This document shows, piece after piece, positions 48,301 to 56,722 of a DNA stretch of 64,000 bases. This DNA is from a virus (lineage: Duplodnaviria; Caudoviricetes): IMG/VR virus record IMGVR_UViG_3300020048_000137, positions 546 through 64,545 of that record; one strand, 5' to 3'. A model generated the notes under the pieces. That model saw nothing but the letters and a program-made list of their open reading frames with translations. It had not been told where the DNA came from and searched no databases. Numbering within the stretch: the stretch's first letter is position 1; each line of letters opens with the position of its first letter. Position numbers and translations under genes: made by a program.

Positions 48301-51300
48301 CGAAGGCGAACGGGACTTTCGACAATGATCTTCAATACGCATTGGGGGATAACGCCGAGTTCCTGACCCACTTCTTCACCAGCCAGCGGTTCCGCGACCA
48401 AGTGTCCGCGATGACACCGAAGTCCGAGAAGAACTGGCTCCAAGTGATCGCCGACCTCATCGCCGACCTGTTCACCGGACGCACGAAAGCGCAGAAGATG
48501 GAGGAATCGTTGAGGAAGGAACTGACCACGCTTATCACCGCACCACGGACGGGGCTTGCTCCAAGCGACGTGGTGATGCGGTTGCCCGCACCACAATCCC
48601 GAACACCAGAATTAGACAATGAACTCGAAAAATACATCACAGGAGATTGGTCTGCCAATCCCGACACCCGCCTTGTACAAAGCGTTGGCTTCGCTAAGGA
48701 GTGGGCAAAGAGATATGGAGACTTACCCGAGCGACTTCAGTTTCCCCCCACCAACGGTAGTGACGGAATACGGGCAACCCTGTCGAAAGAAGATAATGGC
48801 AAAAGAGTTCTTACGATCCCGAAGGATCGAATTGCTAAATTCACAGACGCAGACGAGTTCGGAACAAAGCGGCGGATTGCCCTAGTTCTCACCGAGGAGA
48901 TGTTCCACCTCGCCACCTTTAAAGCGATGATGGAGAAAACGGGCGGCAACGTGGACGCAGCATTCAAACAGATCCGGGACACATATGACAGTCTTGAGAA
49001 AGCGGCTGAGAGTAACCCGAGGCTTGCTTCAGCAATGGGCTTAAGCGCAGCCACCTACCGCGATTTCAAGATGGCACCGGAAGACTTTGATGGGCTTCTG
49101 CCGGACGACGGGCTATTGATAGTGGAAGGAAACAAACTGGTGATGGCGGGGGAGTTCGTTCGCCAGTTGTTTCAGCTTGAGCGCATCGGAATCACCACCG
49201 AGATCGGATTGGAGAAGGAAAACGTCGAGTGGGTTCAAGCCGCGTTCGACTACATCAAGGAGTCAGGTGTCAGCGAAACCATGGTCGATGAAGTTCTGGC
49301 ATTGTCGAAGCGGCAGATCGACAACCTCGGCATCCGGTTCCAACCCACCTCCGACGCCCGCAACGTCGCCCGGTTCCACCAACTCACGGAGTCCCTGTAT
49401 CGCGGACGCGACGAGGCCACGGCTGCGGAGATCGAAGCGTGGAAGGCGGAAAATGTGGGAGCATGGGAGGAACTTTCCGCGATGCGGGGAGAGGTGCTGC
49501 GTGCGGGGGGTCTTGAAAAGATTGAACCTACGGATTTCAAAAACCCCCACCACATAAAACCCCCCAACGCAATTTACGAGGGTCGCGAAAAGCATGTAGA
49601 AAGAATGGCTAGGCAGTTTATCAAGAACGGCTACCAAGGAAGACCAATCTTGTTAATCGGGGATTATGCTTTGACGGGTTCGCACAGAATCCATGCGGCT
49701 AGACGTGCAAACGAGTTGATCGAAGAGAGGGAACTTGAGATTGACGAGATTGAAGTTCCTGTTTTTGAACTCACCGAAGAGCAGGCGCAAGTTTTTGATG
49801 AGTGGATTCGTGAATCGGGCGAGTCAATCGCTATCGACTATGCCGATTACCATAAAACAAGCGGGGATGATTATGACAAAGCCAGCGACTTGAGGCGGGC
49901 GCATGAAGCCGGAGTTATCCCTCTTGAATTTGAAGCCCTGATGCGGGCGGAGGAAATGAGCAACGATGAAGTCGGAGGCTTTGAAGGCTTCAAAGGGGAC
50001 GTATTCGTCAGTCCCACCCAGATCAAGTCCGCCGAACCAATTTCACCGGGGAAAAAATTGACACCCGACCGATGGGCGGATGCCGCATCGCCCGACATCC
50101 GGTTCCAACCCGCTGCCGAGTCCGACGAGACACCCACTTACGAGGTCTATGACCGCAAAACAGGAGAAGTGGTGTGGGAAGGAAAACGCCGGGACATCGC
50201 CCGTCAGGTTCAGGATCGCAGGGACAACGCCTACGGCGGATACCGTTTCGCGGTCAGGGAAACGAAACCCGACATTCTCCAACAGCCTGCGCTCACCGAA
50301 CAGGACTTCACTCCTGCCCCCCTCCGCGACACCGCAACAGGCTTCCTCCCCGACGACGTTACCCTCGACGACCTGACCCTCGACTTCGACGACCTCGCGG
50401 ACATCACCGAGGGACTCGACCCCGTGAATGCGGAGAACACCGTCCACGCGGCGGTGAACCACGCCCTCGCCCGCCGCGCCGGAGAAGCCGCCATCCCGGC
50501 ACCCGTGCGGTCGGAGTTCGACAGCGACGAGGCGTTCGACGCCGCCACGACCGAACACGCCGCCGAGGTCGCCCGCCTCACCGATACTTACGAACTCATC
50601 ACACGCGGACGCCTGACTTCTGACGCGATGCTCCAGTATCGGGCGAACCCGAATGCTTTACAGCGTCTTGTCGATTATCTCACCGCAGCGATAAAGGCAG
50701 CTTACGCCCGCCTCACCACAAGGTATGACACCGGAACTGCCGTCGCCCTGAACCGAATGAGTCGTGACCTTGCGAAAGCAAGAGTGGGATTCAATCACGA
50801 CATTGAACCGATGGCGGCGTATGATGCGGATGCGGAGCCAGTGAGGTTCCTGCCCGCCACCCCTCAGAACTCCGCTCGCACTCAAGAAAAACTCTTGAAC
50901 GCAGGATCATGGGTGAAACGACTAGAGCTTCTGTTTAAGTTTGACCCAAGCACGAAAGCCAGTTCGGAAGCTGCACTGAGTGAGAGCAAATTCATAGGTA
51001 AGCTCCGCGAGGTGTTCATCAACCCATATGGGGCGTTGTCTAGTTCAAACACGAAGTCTTTGCAGAATAGAGATGCCGGGATGGCAGCAATCGCTAAGAC
51101 AGTGTTCAACGCGGTTAAAGACCTTGACGCTGCGCGTAACAGAGAAGAAGCGGATCACACGCTTGTCCAGCTCGCCGCAGGGAACGCTAACCCGGTGTTA
51201 ACTCCAGAGATGGAGAAGAAGATTGCCGACGACTTTAAGCAAGAGATTGAAGATGCTGAAACTAGAATTGAGGACATCTTCAAAAACGACATATCAGCTA

Positions 51301-54300
51301 CTCCAGCGCAAGCATTAGAGAACCGCAGGGATGCACTTGCCGAGGCACACCGCACCGCAGACATCAATCGGAGTAAAGCCATTTGGAAAGCCCGCAGTGA
51401 AGAAGCAGACGCACGCCGCACACAGCAACTCGAAGCACTGAGTATTCTTGAGCGCACAGCACCCGATACTTTTGAGGCAATCATTGATTTACGTGGTGCG
51501 GTCAACGAGCTTCAGCGTCTCGTCAAGGTCGTAAACCCTGACAACCCCGAGCTTCACGCAATCATTGACCAATCACAGGGAGTTTATCTTGTTCGATCAT
51601 ATGGCATTCACAATGATCCTAAACAGATTGACTTAATGATCCATTCAAAAGACCCAATGTACGAGCAGCGGCGGGATGCGCTTATCGGGTTTTTCAAACC
51701 GAGAGCCTTTGAGCAGATTGTTGAAGAGCTTGGGCGCGACCCGCAAACGTATAAAACCTATGGTGCAGACGTGGACTATGCTAAGGTGAAGCGCGACATT
51801 GAAGCTCGTGCGGAAACTCTAGCGGAGGAGCGTGCGTTCACCATGTTTGAGGATTACATGCTGTCACATCAGACGACCAATGGGGCGTTTTCCCAAGGTA
51901 GCACCGTGACGAACGAGATCCAGCGTTACATGAAGAAGGCAAATATGCCTCAGGAATTTCTTGATGCCCTCATGGTTAACGAAGACCCAGTGTTTAACCT
52001 CGCGAACACGGCGATGTCATTAGGCAGGCTAGTATGGAACTCGCGGATGCTCAATGAGATTCACGATTCCGGCATTGAGTCGGGTCGCTTCATCACGAAA
52101 GCGGAACTAGATTCAGGCATCACGTATGCTGACGGTAAAGAGGAGATGCGGCGAGTGTTTGGTATCGACGGTGAATATGAAGAGATCAAGAACCATGTCC
52201 TAAGTAAGCTCACAACACTCATCTCAAACGCCGCCTACGAACAGTATAACAGTGGTAGGGTTGACACGCCCCCTGATCTGGCAGGGCTGTTTGCTCAGGC
52301 AGAAGAGGCGATGAAAGCGTTCGCTTCGTCCCCGAACGTATCGCTTGCCGATGTGCTCCCTGAAATCGGTCGCAAGGCTGACCGTATCGCCACCGACGCG
52401 TTCATTTCCTACGAGTTTATCCCGAGTGAGATTCGTACGCGCTTAAATCCTCGTCGCGGAAGATTTTCAACATACAAGGCTCTCGTATCCGAAAACGTGG
52501 GGAACTCAGCTTTTGCACCGCTCGGAGGACTTTTCGCATCACCGGAGCAAGTGAACGCGTTTAGTGCCACCTTTCGGATAAATGCTATGGGAGCCGGACA
52601 CTTTGCGGACACATTCATGCAGCAAACCCACCGCGTCATTGTGGGCGCGGCAGGATTCTCTCTTGCGGTCGTAACGCAGGGAAACCCAGCGTTCTATCTC
52701 CGAAATATCTTAGGTAACACGTTCACTGCCGCGATGAGCGGTGTGACATTCTTCAACCCCGAGAACCTCGCCCTCGCAGCCAGAACAGCACGAGGTCTTA
52801 CATCTAATTCAGGCAAAGTAACGGAAGAGATGCAGGAGCTAATAGCGGCACGCATCATCAACGACGGCGCACACATCGGGTATATGAAGCAACTTTTCGA
52901 GGATGTCACAGGCAACCCTATGGGAACAATGGAGGACATCGTAAGTGAATCCGCCCTAGCCGACATCAAAGTGGGCAAATTAGCCAAGGGTAGCAAGAAA
53001 GCTGCGAAAGCATTTGTGGAGAAACTCAGTCAGTTTTCGGAAGCCTCAGAGTCCGTGTCCGCAGTGATGGTGTATTCAGATTTTAAGAGAATACTCGCCG
53101 AAGCAGAATGGGGTACGGAGACGGAGATTATTCAAGAAGCATCGCGTTTGTCCAAGAGGGTTCTGCCTTCACGGTCGGAAACATCATCAGGTGTGAACGC
53201 ATTTACTCGTAGCGGCTTTGGTGCGTTGTTCTCCCCGTTCTTGCGGTTCAGAGTTGACATTATTCGATCCACAGTTGGCGCATTCAAAGTCGCGCATGAA
53301 TGGTCACAATCAGAGAACCCCGTGTTGAAAAAGAACGGGCAGACCAAAATGGCCGCATGGTTTGGAACGGTGGCGTTACTCACTGTAGGAGTTCCACTCA
53401 TCATTCAACGCGCATTAGGTTTTGACGATGAGGATGATAAATACATTCGCGCCGCCTTACCTGACTACTACAAAGATTCGTCCCTCATATACTTCAGGAA
53501 TGAGGATAAGACAGGGTTGACGATTGTGAACACTACCTTCACGAATCCACTGGCATCCTACGGAGACCCCATCTCTCGCATTGTCAATTCAGTCGTGTCG
53601 GGAAACCCGTCTGAGATACCCGGTATCATGGGTCGCTACATTACCGGGGATGTCTTGGGAGAGAACATCGTTGCAGGCGCGGTTATTGACTGGAAGCGCA
53701 ATTTTGACCCTGACACGGGGATGCCCATCTACCTAGAAACCGAAAGCACGACAGATCAAGCTCTCAAAGTTGCGGCACATCTTGGTAAGGCTTACACCCC
53801 GAAGATCATAAGTCAGGGTTTTAAGTTCTACGATGCGCTTCGTCGTGAAAGTCAAGAGGAAGGTTGGAACTCACCGATGGGTGTCGCCTTAGCCACAGTC
53901 GCACCATTCAAACCTTTGACCAAAAGTTTTGATGAGATGGATCTTAAGATATTTCGCAGCGTCCACCGCGACACGGCAGAGCTATCTAGTATTACGTATC
54001 CGATCATTTCCCCTTACCCCACAAACGCCGGGGACTCCGCCGCAGCGTGGGAGAAACGCATGGATCTTCGGGTTAAGCAGGGGTCAAGGTTGCTCCGTCT
54101 TGCGGAGGCTTCTGTAAATATACGCGACGGCGACACAGGCAACTCCAAAAACGCAGTAAAACGAAATATGATCGCCGCGGGCAACTCCAAAAAATCAGTG
54201 AATTCACTACTCAGCCGAGGCGTGGTTGAAAAAGTAGTGCTCTCTAAAGAACAGATACAGAAAGCCAACACGATTGACCCGAGCCGGATGCGAGAGGTGC

Positions 54301-54344
54301 TAGATGCCATGTCGGAGTATTCCAGATATATTCCGGTAAGATAA
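42363..54344 (+). CDS. Giant (~3990 aa) polyvalent internal virion/ejection protein
   Basis: Uninterrupted 12-kb ORF; zincin HELVH, ParB-like domain (RPILL...LTGSHRIHAA), helical C-terminal region. Confidence 0.75.
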   Translation: MTTEETASALPELSLLAFPDWQEQNQATIKEPLQKYRGYSDYVKQETLAQGRYSNILVQKLDAKLAGLAIEAGDYTPAEGTEPLVSDVLARPKSDELPLDSIINYAYSSETQDGNPLRTAAANLKARRQLADEGRGTPEELAAAEADLRQLATPDLINAATRKDVKEGNQLAMVIPPADPDGAPDVFLNKSLLEFVNPEDGSIDTAALGKTLKMKGTDPSLIPAILTKLTTPSGYSKTAMELEMHGDELSTLDALARTRGEDGQYRLFDELKKVANSRERGNSYATEYGEFRLKQLTRGTPLEGKDLMTLADDFNRMNEMPEIDEADPSAALRTLSTGAVVAPLNLMLNEAAFTKALDSVPPAQRPHIQAQRDYAVESSASDVIRTLADAPEGADEFVSYLDAQRAEGKKDSQIVKDWVAQGKYSSTRTMLQGIRSSLGEAVMPLVALATGADPDGFAIKAMQGAQIEDANRRAVADLFGKPVGMGYDLTRLVAPVAVDLGVSFLTRGAAVGATAAAKATAGAAVKSLFRTALTSETRSLVGAWVRSSARSGIKSAGLQATGRETVDEVVSMAGRDITSKIITGTSKATFYASAFNRTAMSTYASLSTTLAGQTNPDGSAKYSPGEVKEISMTHGLAAGAITVGAMGAMAGVGIPGIEKVFNERLTRGQLNKVWERFRKDVSKLPQGADMSSAQAMVSSMVKEGVRPIFSTKTLAGKAGNVLAALPEPVKGALSEAPEEALDEFMQYFNEAIATGDKIDIRKAASTALYSALLGGAMGGTVTGITSTVLNRTAPLAQVEADIRRERLLEMAGKLEATSPQTAQVFRNYAFQQRQMLPQRQQLEGDLKVAKTPEAKAAIKAKIDTLNEQSTRFRTEELAPTQESIPEADAAEGTVEAPVDAGVAPEGETVVEGTPEAGGRRTLGGFTGTPVAQRMRATRETVETEFSQIVEETPAPVSETPISEPSPSQTWITPQVADALRNQGFDPADAPVERLPDSEMVKYPITKAILKAEKSPSPTDSLPEGQVADTGAATVPTTADQLRASISKLQTRYTPKQAEKIVANFQRLNNGLPATEELHEYRVAGFVTRNRETGRMTLHVTSGEGKSMRVAAESDVTDQYLAPVADTGATPEDRVELDRLDELMLKKGQKENKVAGATFTASERKEYNTLISKHRRYLFAKVTPENDTEVGTNAAGETLYEQADGQRYRMRFDSPKTRPNGYPDFGGDLAPTGADTLPGFTMPPRKRSLSSMRDATVDKLDTIDRRLARESDEDNMGVLEAGKQRLTALLGQIETVMMTEAQEARARAVTPDGEVRPSADPEDVVAIAEAQDVPVVEVVKPKQTRKPKAEESDPDGKKPFPGLQAKYREQTGGNSMVEVQVLAGNKRSGISDQEAIDATVKYFAEGKRSLELARQVPTAVGNKAPFSVTAFNEYGLSLPDGYVRQGDLYVYQPDTTDLTPGTPITFTSTAVPGFAEPTQGTVERVENGRVFARVGRTVIPGVTVVSQAESQANQAEIKSEEDWRFDLVKAEAKAKGLTDEELTSEYRKSGKIPNNSWTFVYLRELEKRGLPTYNLEATTPTISDILADVPEGYPLDRDTAKLVSAAVVMPGGLLSAMNANPVVADAVKRYAASKGVDTGNDLAGLALIMRGELEADSVLAALRGEQISLTSENPLQAGSRTGTQVEAARTPDAETNAVAVEDTPSADVSETFVEGEVTIEDFDIGGWLNGDWYPGVPRRPDNYRPGATPWGKDPAKGQATKRNRSKKAHDTNVEFFNREVFPLIAGKVDKDELFRIYNVTGNLDALRKSEYRLWKKGDKQSWLPKEDPKEAQAIEMGATIDESVFGNTPRNLPSSTPSSAVTAELNKFGFSEGLPTFLANVSKKGGKQYAPLAKLLLDAGAGNVDIRTVNLPNTEAAGFYVGANGVVHINTAKNGPRGAVDTVLHELVHAVTEGSLRNPTPEQAKVIARIERVRVTVTKRAKANGTFDNDLQYALGDNAEFLTHFFTSQRFRDQVSAMTPKSEKNWLQVIADLIADLFTGRTKAQKMEESLRKELTTLITAPRTGLAPSDVVMRLPAPQSRTPELDNELEKYITGDWSANPDTRLVQSVGFAKEWAKRYGDLPERLQFPPTNGSDGIRATLSKEDNGKRVLTIPKDRIAKFTDADEFGTKRRIALVLTEEMFHLATFKAMMEKTGGNVDAAFKQIRDTYDSLEKAAESNPRLASAMGLSAATYRDFKMAPEDFDGLLPDDGLLIVEGNKLVMAGEFVRQLFQLERIGITTEIGLEKENVEWVQAAFDYIKESGVSETMVDEVLALSKRQIDNLGIRFQPTSDARNVARFHQLTESLYRGRDEATAAEIEAWKAENVGAWEELSAMRGEVLRAGGLEKIEPTDFKNPHHIKPPNAIYEGREKHVERMARQFIKNGYQGRPILLIGDYALTGSHRIHAARRANELIEERELEIDEIEVPVFELTEEQAQVFDEWIRESGESIAIDYADYHKTSGDDYDKASDLRRAHEAGVIPLEFEALMRAEEMSNDEVGGFEGFKGDVFVSPTQIKSAEPISPGKKLTPDRWADAASPDIRFQPAAESDETPTYEVYDRKTGEVVWEGKRRDIARQVQDRRDNAYGGYRFAVRETKPDILQQPALTEQDFTPAPLRDTATGFLPDDVTLDDLTLDFDDLADITEGLDPVNAENTVHAAVNHALARRAGEAAIPAPVRSEFDSDEAFDAATTEHAAEVARLTDTYELITRGRLTSDAMLQYRANPNALQRLVDYLTAAIKAAYARLTTRYDTGTAVALNRMSRDLAKARVGFNHDIEPMAAYDADAEPVRFLPATPQNSARTQEKLLNAGSWVKRLELLFKFDPSTKASSEAALSESKFIGKLREVFINPYGALSSSNTKSLQNRDAGMAAIAKTVFNAVKDLDAARNREEADHTLVQLAAGNANPVLTPEMEKKIADDFKQEIEDAETRIEDIFKNDISATPAQALENRRDALAEAHRTADINRSKAIWKARSEEADARRTQQLEALSILERTAPDTFEAIIDLRGAVNELQRLVKVVNPDNPELHAIIDQSQGVYLVRSYGIHNDPKQIDLMIHSKDPMYEQRRDALIGFFKPRAFEQIVEELGRDPQTYKTYGADVDYAKVKRDIEARAETLAEERAFTMFEDYMLSHQTTNGAFSQGSTVTNEIQRYMKKANMPQEFLDALMVNEDPVFNLANTAMSLGRLVWNSRMLNEIHDSGIESGRFITKAELDSGITYADGKEEMRRVFGIDGEYEEIKNHVLSKLTTLISNAAYEQYNSGRVDTPPDLAGLFAQAEEAMKAFASSPNVSLADVLPEIGRKADRIATDAFISYEFIPSEIRTRLNPRRGRFSTYKALVSENVGNSAFAPLGGLFASPEQVNAFSATFRINAMGAGHFADTFMQQTHRVIVGAAGFSLAVVTQGNPAFYLRNILGNTFTAAMSGVTFFNPENLALAARTARGLTSNSGKVTEEMQELIAARIINDGAHIGYMKQLFEDVTGNPMGTMEDIVSESALADIKVGKLAKGSKKAAKAFVEKLSQFSEASESVSAVMVYSDFKRILAEAEWGTETEIIQEASRLSKRVLPSRSETSSGVNAFTRSGFGALFSPFLRFRVDIIRSTVGAFKVAHEWSQSENPVLKKNGQTKMAAWFGTVALLTVGVPLIIQRALGFDDEDDKYIRAALPDYYKDSSLIYFRNEDKTGLTIVNTTFTNPLASYGDPISRIVNSVVSGNPSEIPGIMGRYITGDVLGENIVAGAVIDWKRNFDPDTGMPIYLETESTTDQALKVAAHLGKAYTPKIISQGFKFYDALRRESQEEGWNSPMGVALATVAPFKPLTKSFDEMDLKIFRSVHRDTAELSSITYPIISPYPTNAGDSAAAWEKRMDLRVKQGSRLLRLAEASVNIRDGDTGNSKNAVKRNMIAAGNSKKSVNSLLSRGVVEKVVLSKEQIQKANTIDPSRMREVLDAMSEYSRYIPVR

Positions 54345-54389
54345 AATTAAGTTGCGGTTTTACCATCTTCGCAACACACTCCCACCACC

Positions 54390-54782
54390 ATGAGCAACGA
54401 CACTTCACAAGTCCACCCGTTCACTGCACGCCTCGTCGCGATGCGCGAAGCATTTGTCCCTGAACTCAGCGATCAGGAACTCCGTCAGATTAACGACATT
54501 GCGTTCGCGAATCCTGAACTTACTGACAAGGAACTTAACTCCAAGGTATCCACCGAGTTTGGACTCCAGAAACGCCACGACGCCGGAATCGCTCGCGAGC
54601 AAGACTCCGCAGCGATGGCTGATGAGATTCGTGCGTTTGTTGTGAAGTGGCGTATTCTTCCAATGGTTGACCCTACTCTCACCACGGGATACGTCCTTCA
54701 CAGTCTTACAGGACTTTCAGCCGTAGTTGGCGGGTTCATCGAAGACAAAATGTCAAGGGTTGACATGAAGCCTGCGGAGTGA
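54390..54782 (+). CDS. Hypothetical protein
   Basis: ACCACC-ATG start, 130 aa. Confidence 0.55.
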   Translation: MSNDTSQVHPFTARLVAMREAFVPELSDQELRQINDIAFANPELTDKELNSKVSTEFGLQKRHDAGIAREQDSAAMADEIRAFVVKWRILPMVDPTLTTGYVLHSLTGLSAVVGGFIEDKMSRVDMKPAE

Positions 54783-54794
54783 TTCACTTGCGGC

Positions 54795-55565
54795 ATGAGT
54801 AATCGTCGCCTCTTGGAAAGAGCCCAGCGTCTTGAGATTGAGCAGAAGTTCCCTGAACTTGGGAGAGGTCTGCGTAAACCCGGACAACCATCAAAGATCA
54901 TCAATCGTGAGGCACTTCAAGCATCATACGACCGTGAGCAGGAAGCAGCCGCCGCCATAGCCCGTGAGCGGAATGCCACTCAGACAGGGCAGACTGTCGT
55001 GCCTATAACAGCTGGACAGACTGAGTTGTCGGGAGTAGCTGGGCGAAGTGTGGGGTTCAACTCTACTGCCTCACCCTCACCCCCGAGGCGTGAAACTTTT
55101 GCTGAAGAGGACATTCGCACTCGCAGGGAAAAGACATTGTCTGGTGTGTTTGGTGAACAAGCTCAAGCAAAAGCTGAAAATCTTGAAGGTCGCAAAGGTC
55201 TTTTCGCAGAGATGCGAACTGCTGCAACCGAAGGAGGTAACACCTCGGGATTCCGTGACCGGGCGAAAACCCTCGGTATTGACGATGAAGGTTACAAACG
55301 AGGTATCGCTCGTGCTGAAGGAACTGCCGTCCCGTCTCCCGCCGCCCCTGCACCCACAACGCCGCTCACGGGTCGCGCTCTTGCCGAGAAAAACATCTCA
55401 ACGATGGGTGTGCAAGGAGCTGTCGCCGATTACGCCGAGCGCAACCCATCTTTTGCGGCGAAGTTTGCCGCAGAAGTTGATAAAGAAACAATACCTCTTC
55501 TAGCCGCTGCGCCTACGCAGAGAACAACTGGCAGACTGTTTGATAGAAACCCCCGAAAGAGGTAA
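54795..55565 (+). CDS. Putative internal virion protein
   Basis: Low-complexity Ala/Gly/charged, adjacent to ejection protein. Confidence 0.45.
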   Translation: MSNRRLLERAQRLEIEQKFPELGRGLRKPGQPSKIINREALQASYDREQEAAAAIARERNATQTGQTVVPITAGQTELSGVAGRSVGFNSTASPSPPRRETFAEEDIRTRREKTLSGVFGEQAQAKAENLEGRKGLFAEMRTAATEGGNTSGFRDRAKTLGIDDEGYKRGIARAEGTAVPSPAAPAPTTPLTGRALAEKNISTMGVQGAVADYAERNPSFAAKFAAEVDKETIPLLAAAPTQRTTGRLFDRNPRKR

Positions 55566-55569
55566 AAAC

Positions 55570-56619
55570 ATGGCCGACACACCCCTAGACCCGATGGCCG
55601 GATACGATCCGAACCGCGCCGTGCAGCTTCCGCCCCCCAAACCACCGCAGCCTGCGAGCTACGAGTTCGACCCGCAGAAGGAAATCACTCCCCTTGGTGG
55701 GAGGTTCTTCGACGATGTCGAGAACGACACCCGGTTATCGCGTGCTGAAAAGACCCGCATTCAAACTGAGTATCTGAATGGCATGGACGACATTCAAGCT
55801 CAACGCAAGAAAATCGAAAATGAGCGACTGAGGAGCCTAATAGACCGACAAACCCTTGAGAGGAATGACATGGCACTTGCTGAAGCCCGCAAGAAACAAG
55901 GTGAGGTCATTCGTCAGGCTGAAGTTCAAAAGTCTGCTGCTGGAACAGTCAAAGAAATCATTTCAAGCAACCTCCCTGCGGATGAGAAGCGCAGGCAGAT
56001 CGGGATGTTCAAGATCGAAAACGCAGCTGCAATCACCACTGATCCATCTTTTCGCACCATTGTTGACACAGCAGAGAGTTTGATCCCTGTGCCAGCAGCT
56101 CCGCTGTATTCGACTCAAGATATGAAGAGTAAACTTGAGAAAGGTATTCCCCCAGAGGTTGTAATGCGGGGGAACCCCCAAGAGATAGGTTTGTACGAGC
56201 GAATCATTGACACGCAGGGCAAGGAGCAATCAGACTCACTTTCGGAGCGGAAAGCCGCCGTCAAGGAATACCGCTCGACCATCTTAGACCTTGCGAAAGA
56301 GCTGCCGTCGTTTATGACAGAAGAGGAGGCCAAGCTCGCGGGTGTGAATGTGAATAGCCCAGAGGAAGGTGGAGACCCGAACGCCTTAAAATACCTCAAC
56401 CCTGAAAGCCACCAGAAGGGCCGCATCCTCATCGGACTCCTAAAAGGATCGGCGGGACTTGCCGAGTTTGAGAAGCTGTCAGACGCTGACAAGCGAGACG
56501 CAATTATGGTCGCCCAGCGGGATGCCATGTTTCAAGCTCTCCAAAAAGCGGATACCATCTCCGATACTTCGGAAGAGGATGTCACCGTGGACTCGTTACT
56601 CGCTCCGAAGAAGCGTTGA
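55570..56619 (+). CDS. Putative internal virion protein (helical)
   Basis: Coiled-coil rich; start ATG 55570. Confidence 0.5.
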   Translation: MADTPLDPMAGYDPNRAVQLPPPKPPQPASYEFDPQKEITPLGGRFFDDVENDTRLSRAEKTRIQTEYLNGMDDIQAQRKKIENERLRSLIDRQTLERNDMALAEARKKQGEVIRQAEVQKSAAGTVKEIISSNLPADEKRRQIGMFKIENAAAITTDPSFRTIVDTAESLIPVPAAPLYSTQDMKSKLEKGIPPEVVMRGNPQEIGLYERIIDTQGKEQSDSLSERKAAVKEYRSTILDLAKELPSFMTEEEAKLAGVNVNSPEEGGDPNALKYLNPESHQKGRILIGLLKGSAGLAEFEKLSDADKRDAIMVAQRDAMFQALQKADTISDTSEEDVTVDSLLAPKKR

Positions 56620-56690
56620 CACCTCCGCGTTATCTGCTATTGTCCTCACGACTCGCGGTTTTTCATAGTTTCCCCGCGTTTCATGGTTAG

Positions 56691-56722
56691 CGGCGTGAAG
56701 GTTTCGGCCTTCACGCCGTTTT
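56691..56722. terminator. Hairpin terminator between convergent genes
   Basis: CGGCGTGAAGG / CCTTCACGCCG with TTCG loop then TTTT. Confidence 0.8.

Noticed and set aside
42670-54310. Many - strand ORFs within the giant gene
   Set aside because: Expected antisense ORFs of a GC-rich coding region
56650-56722. tRNA
   Set aside because: No cloverleaf, T-loop or acceptor stem
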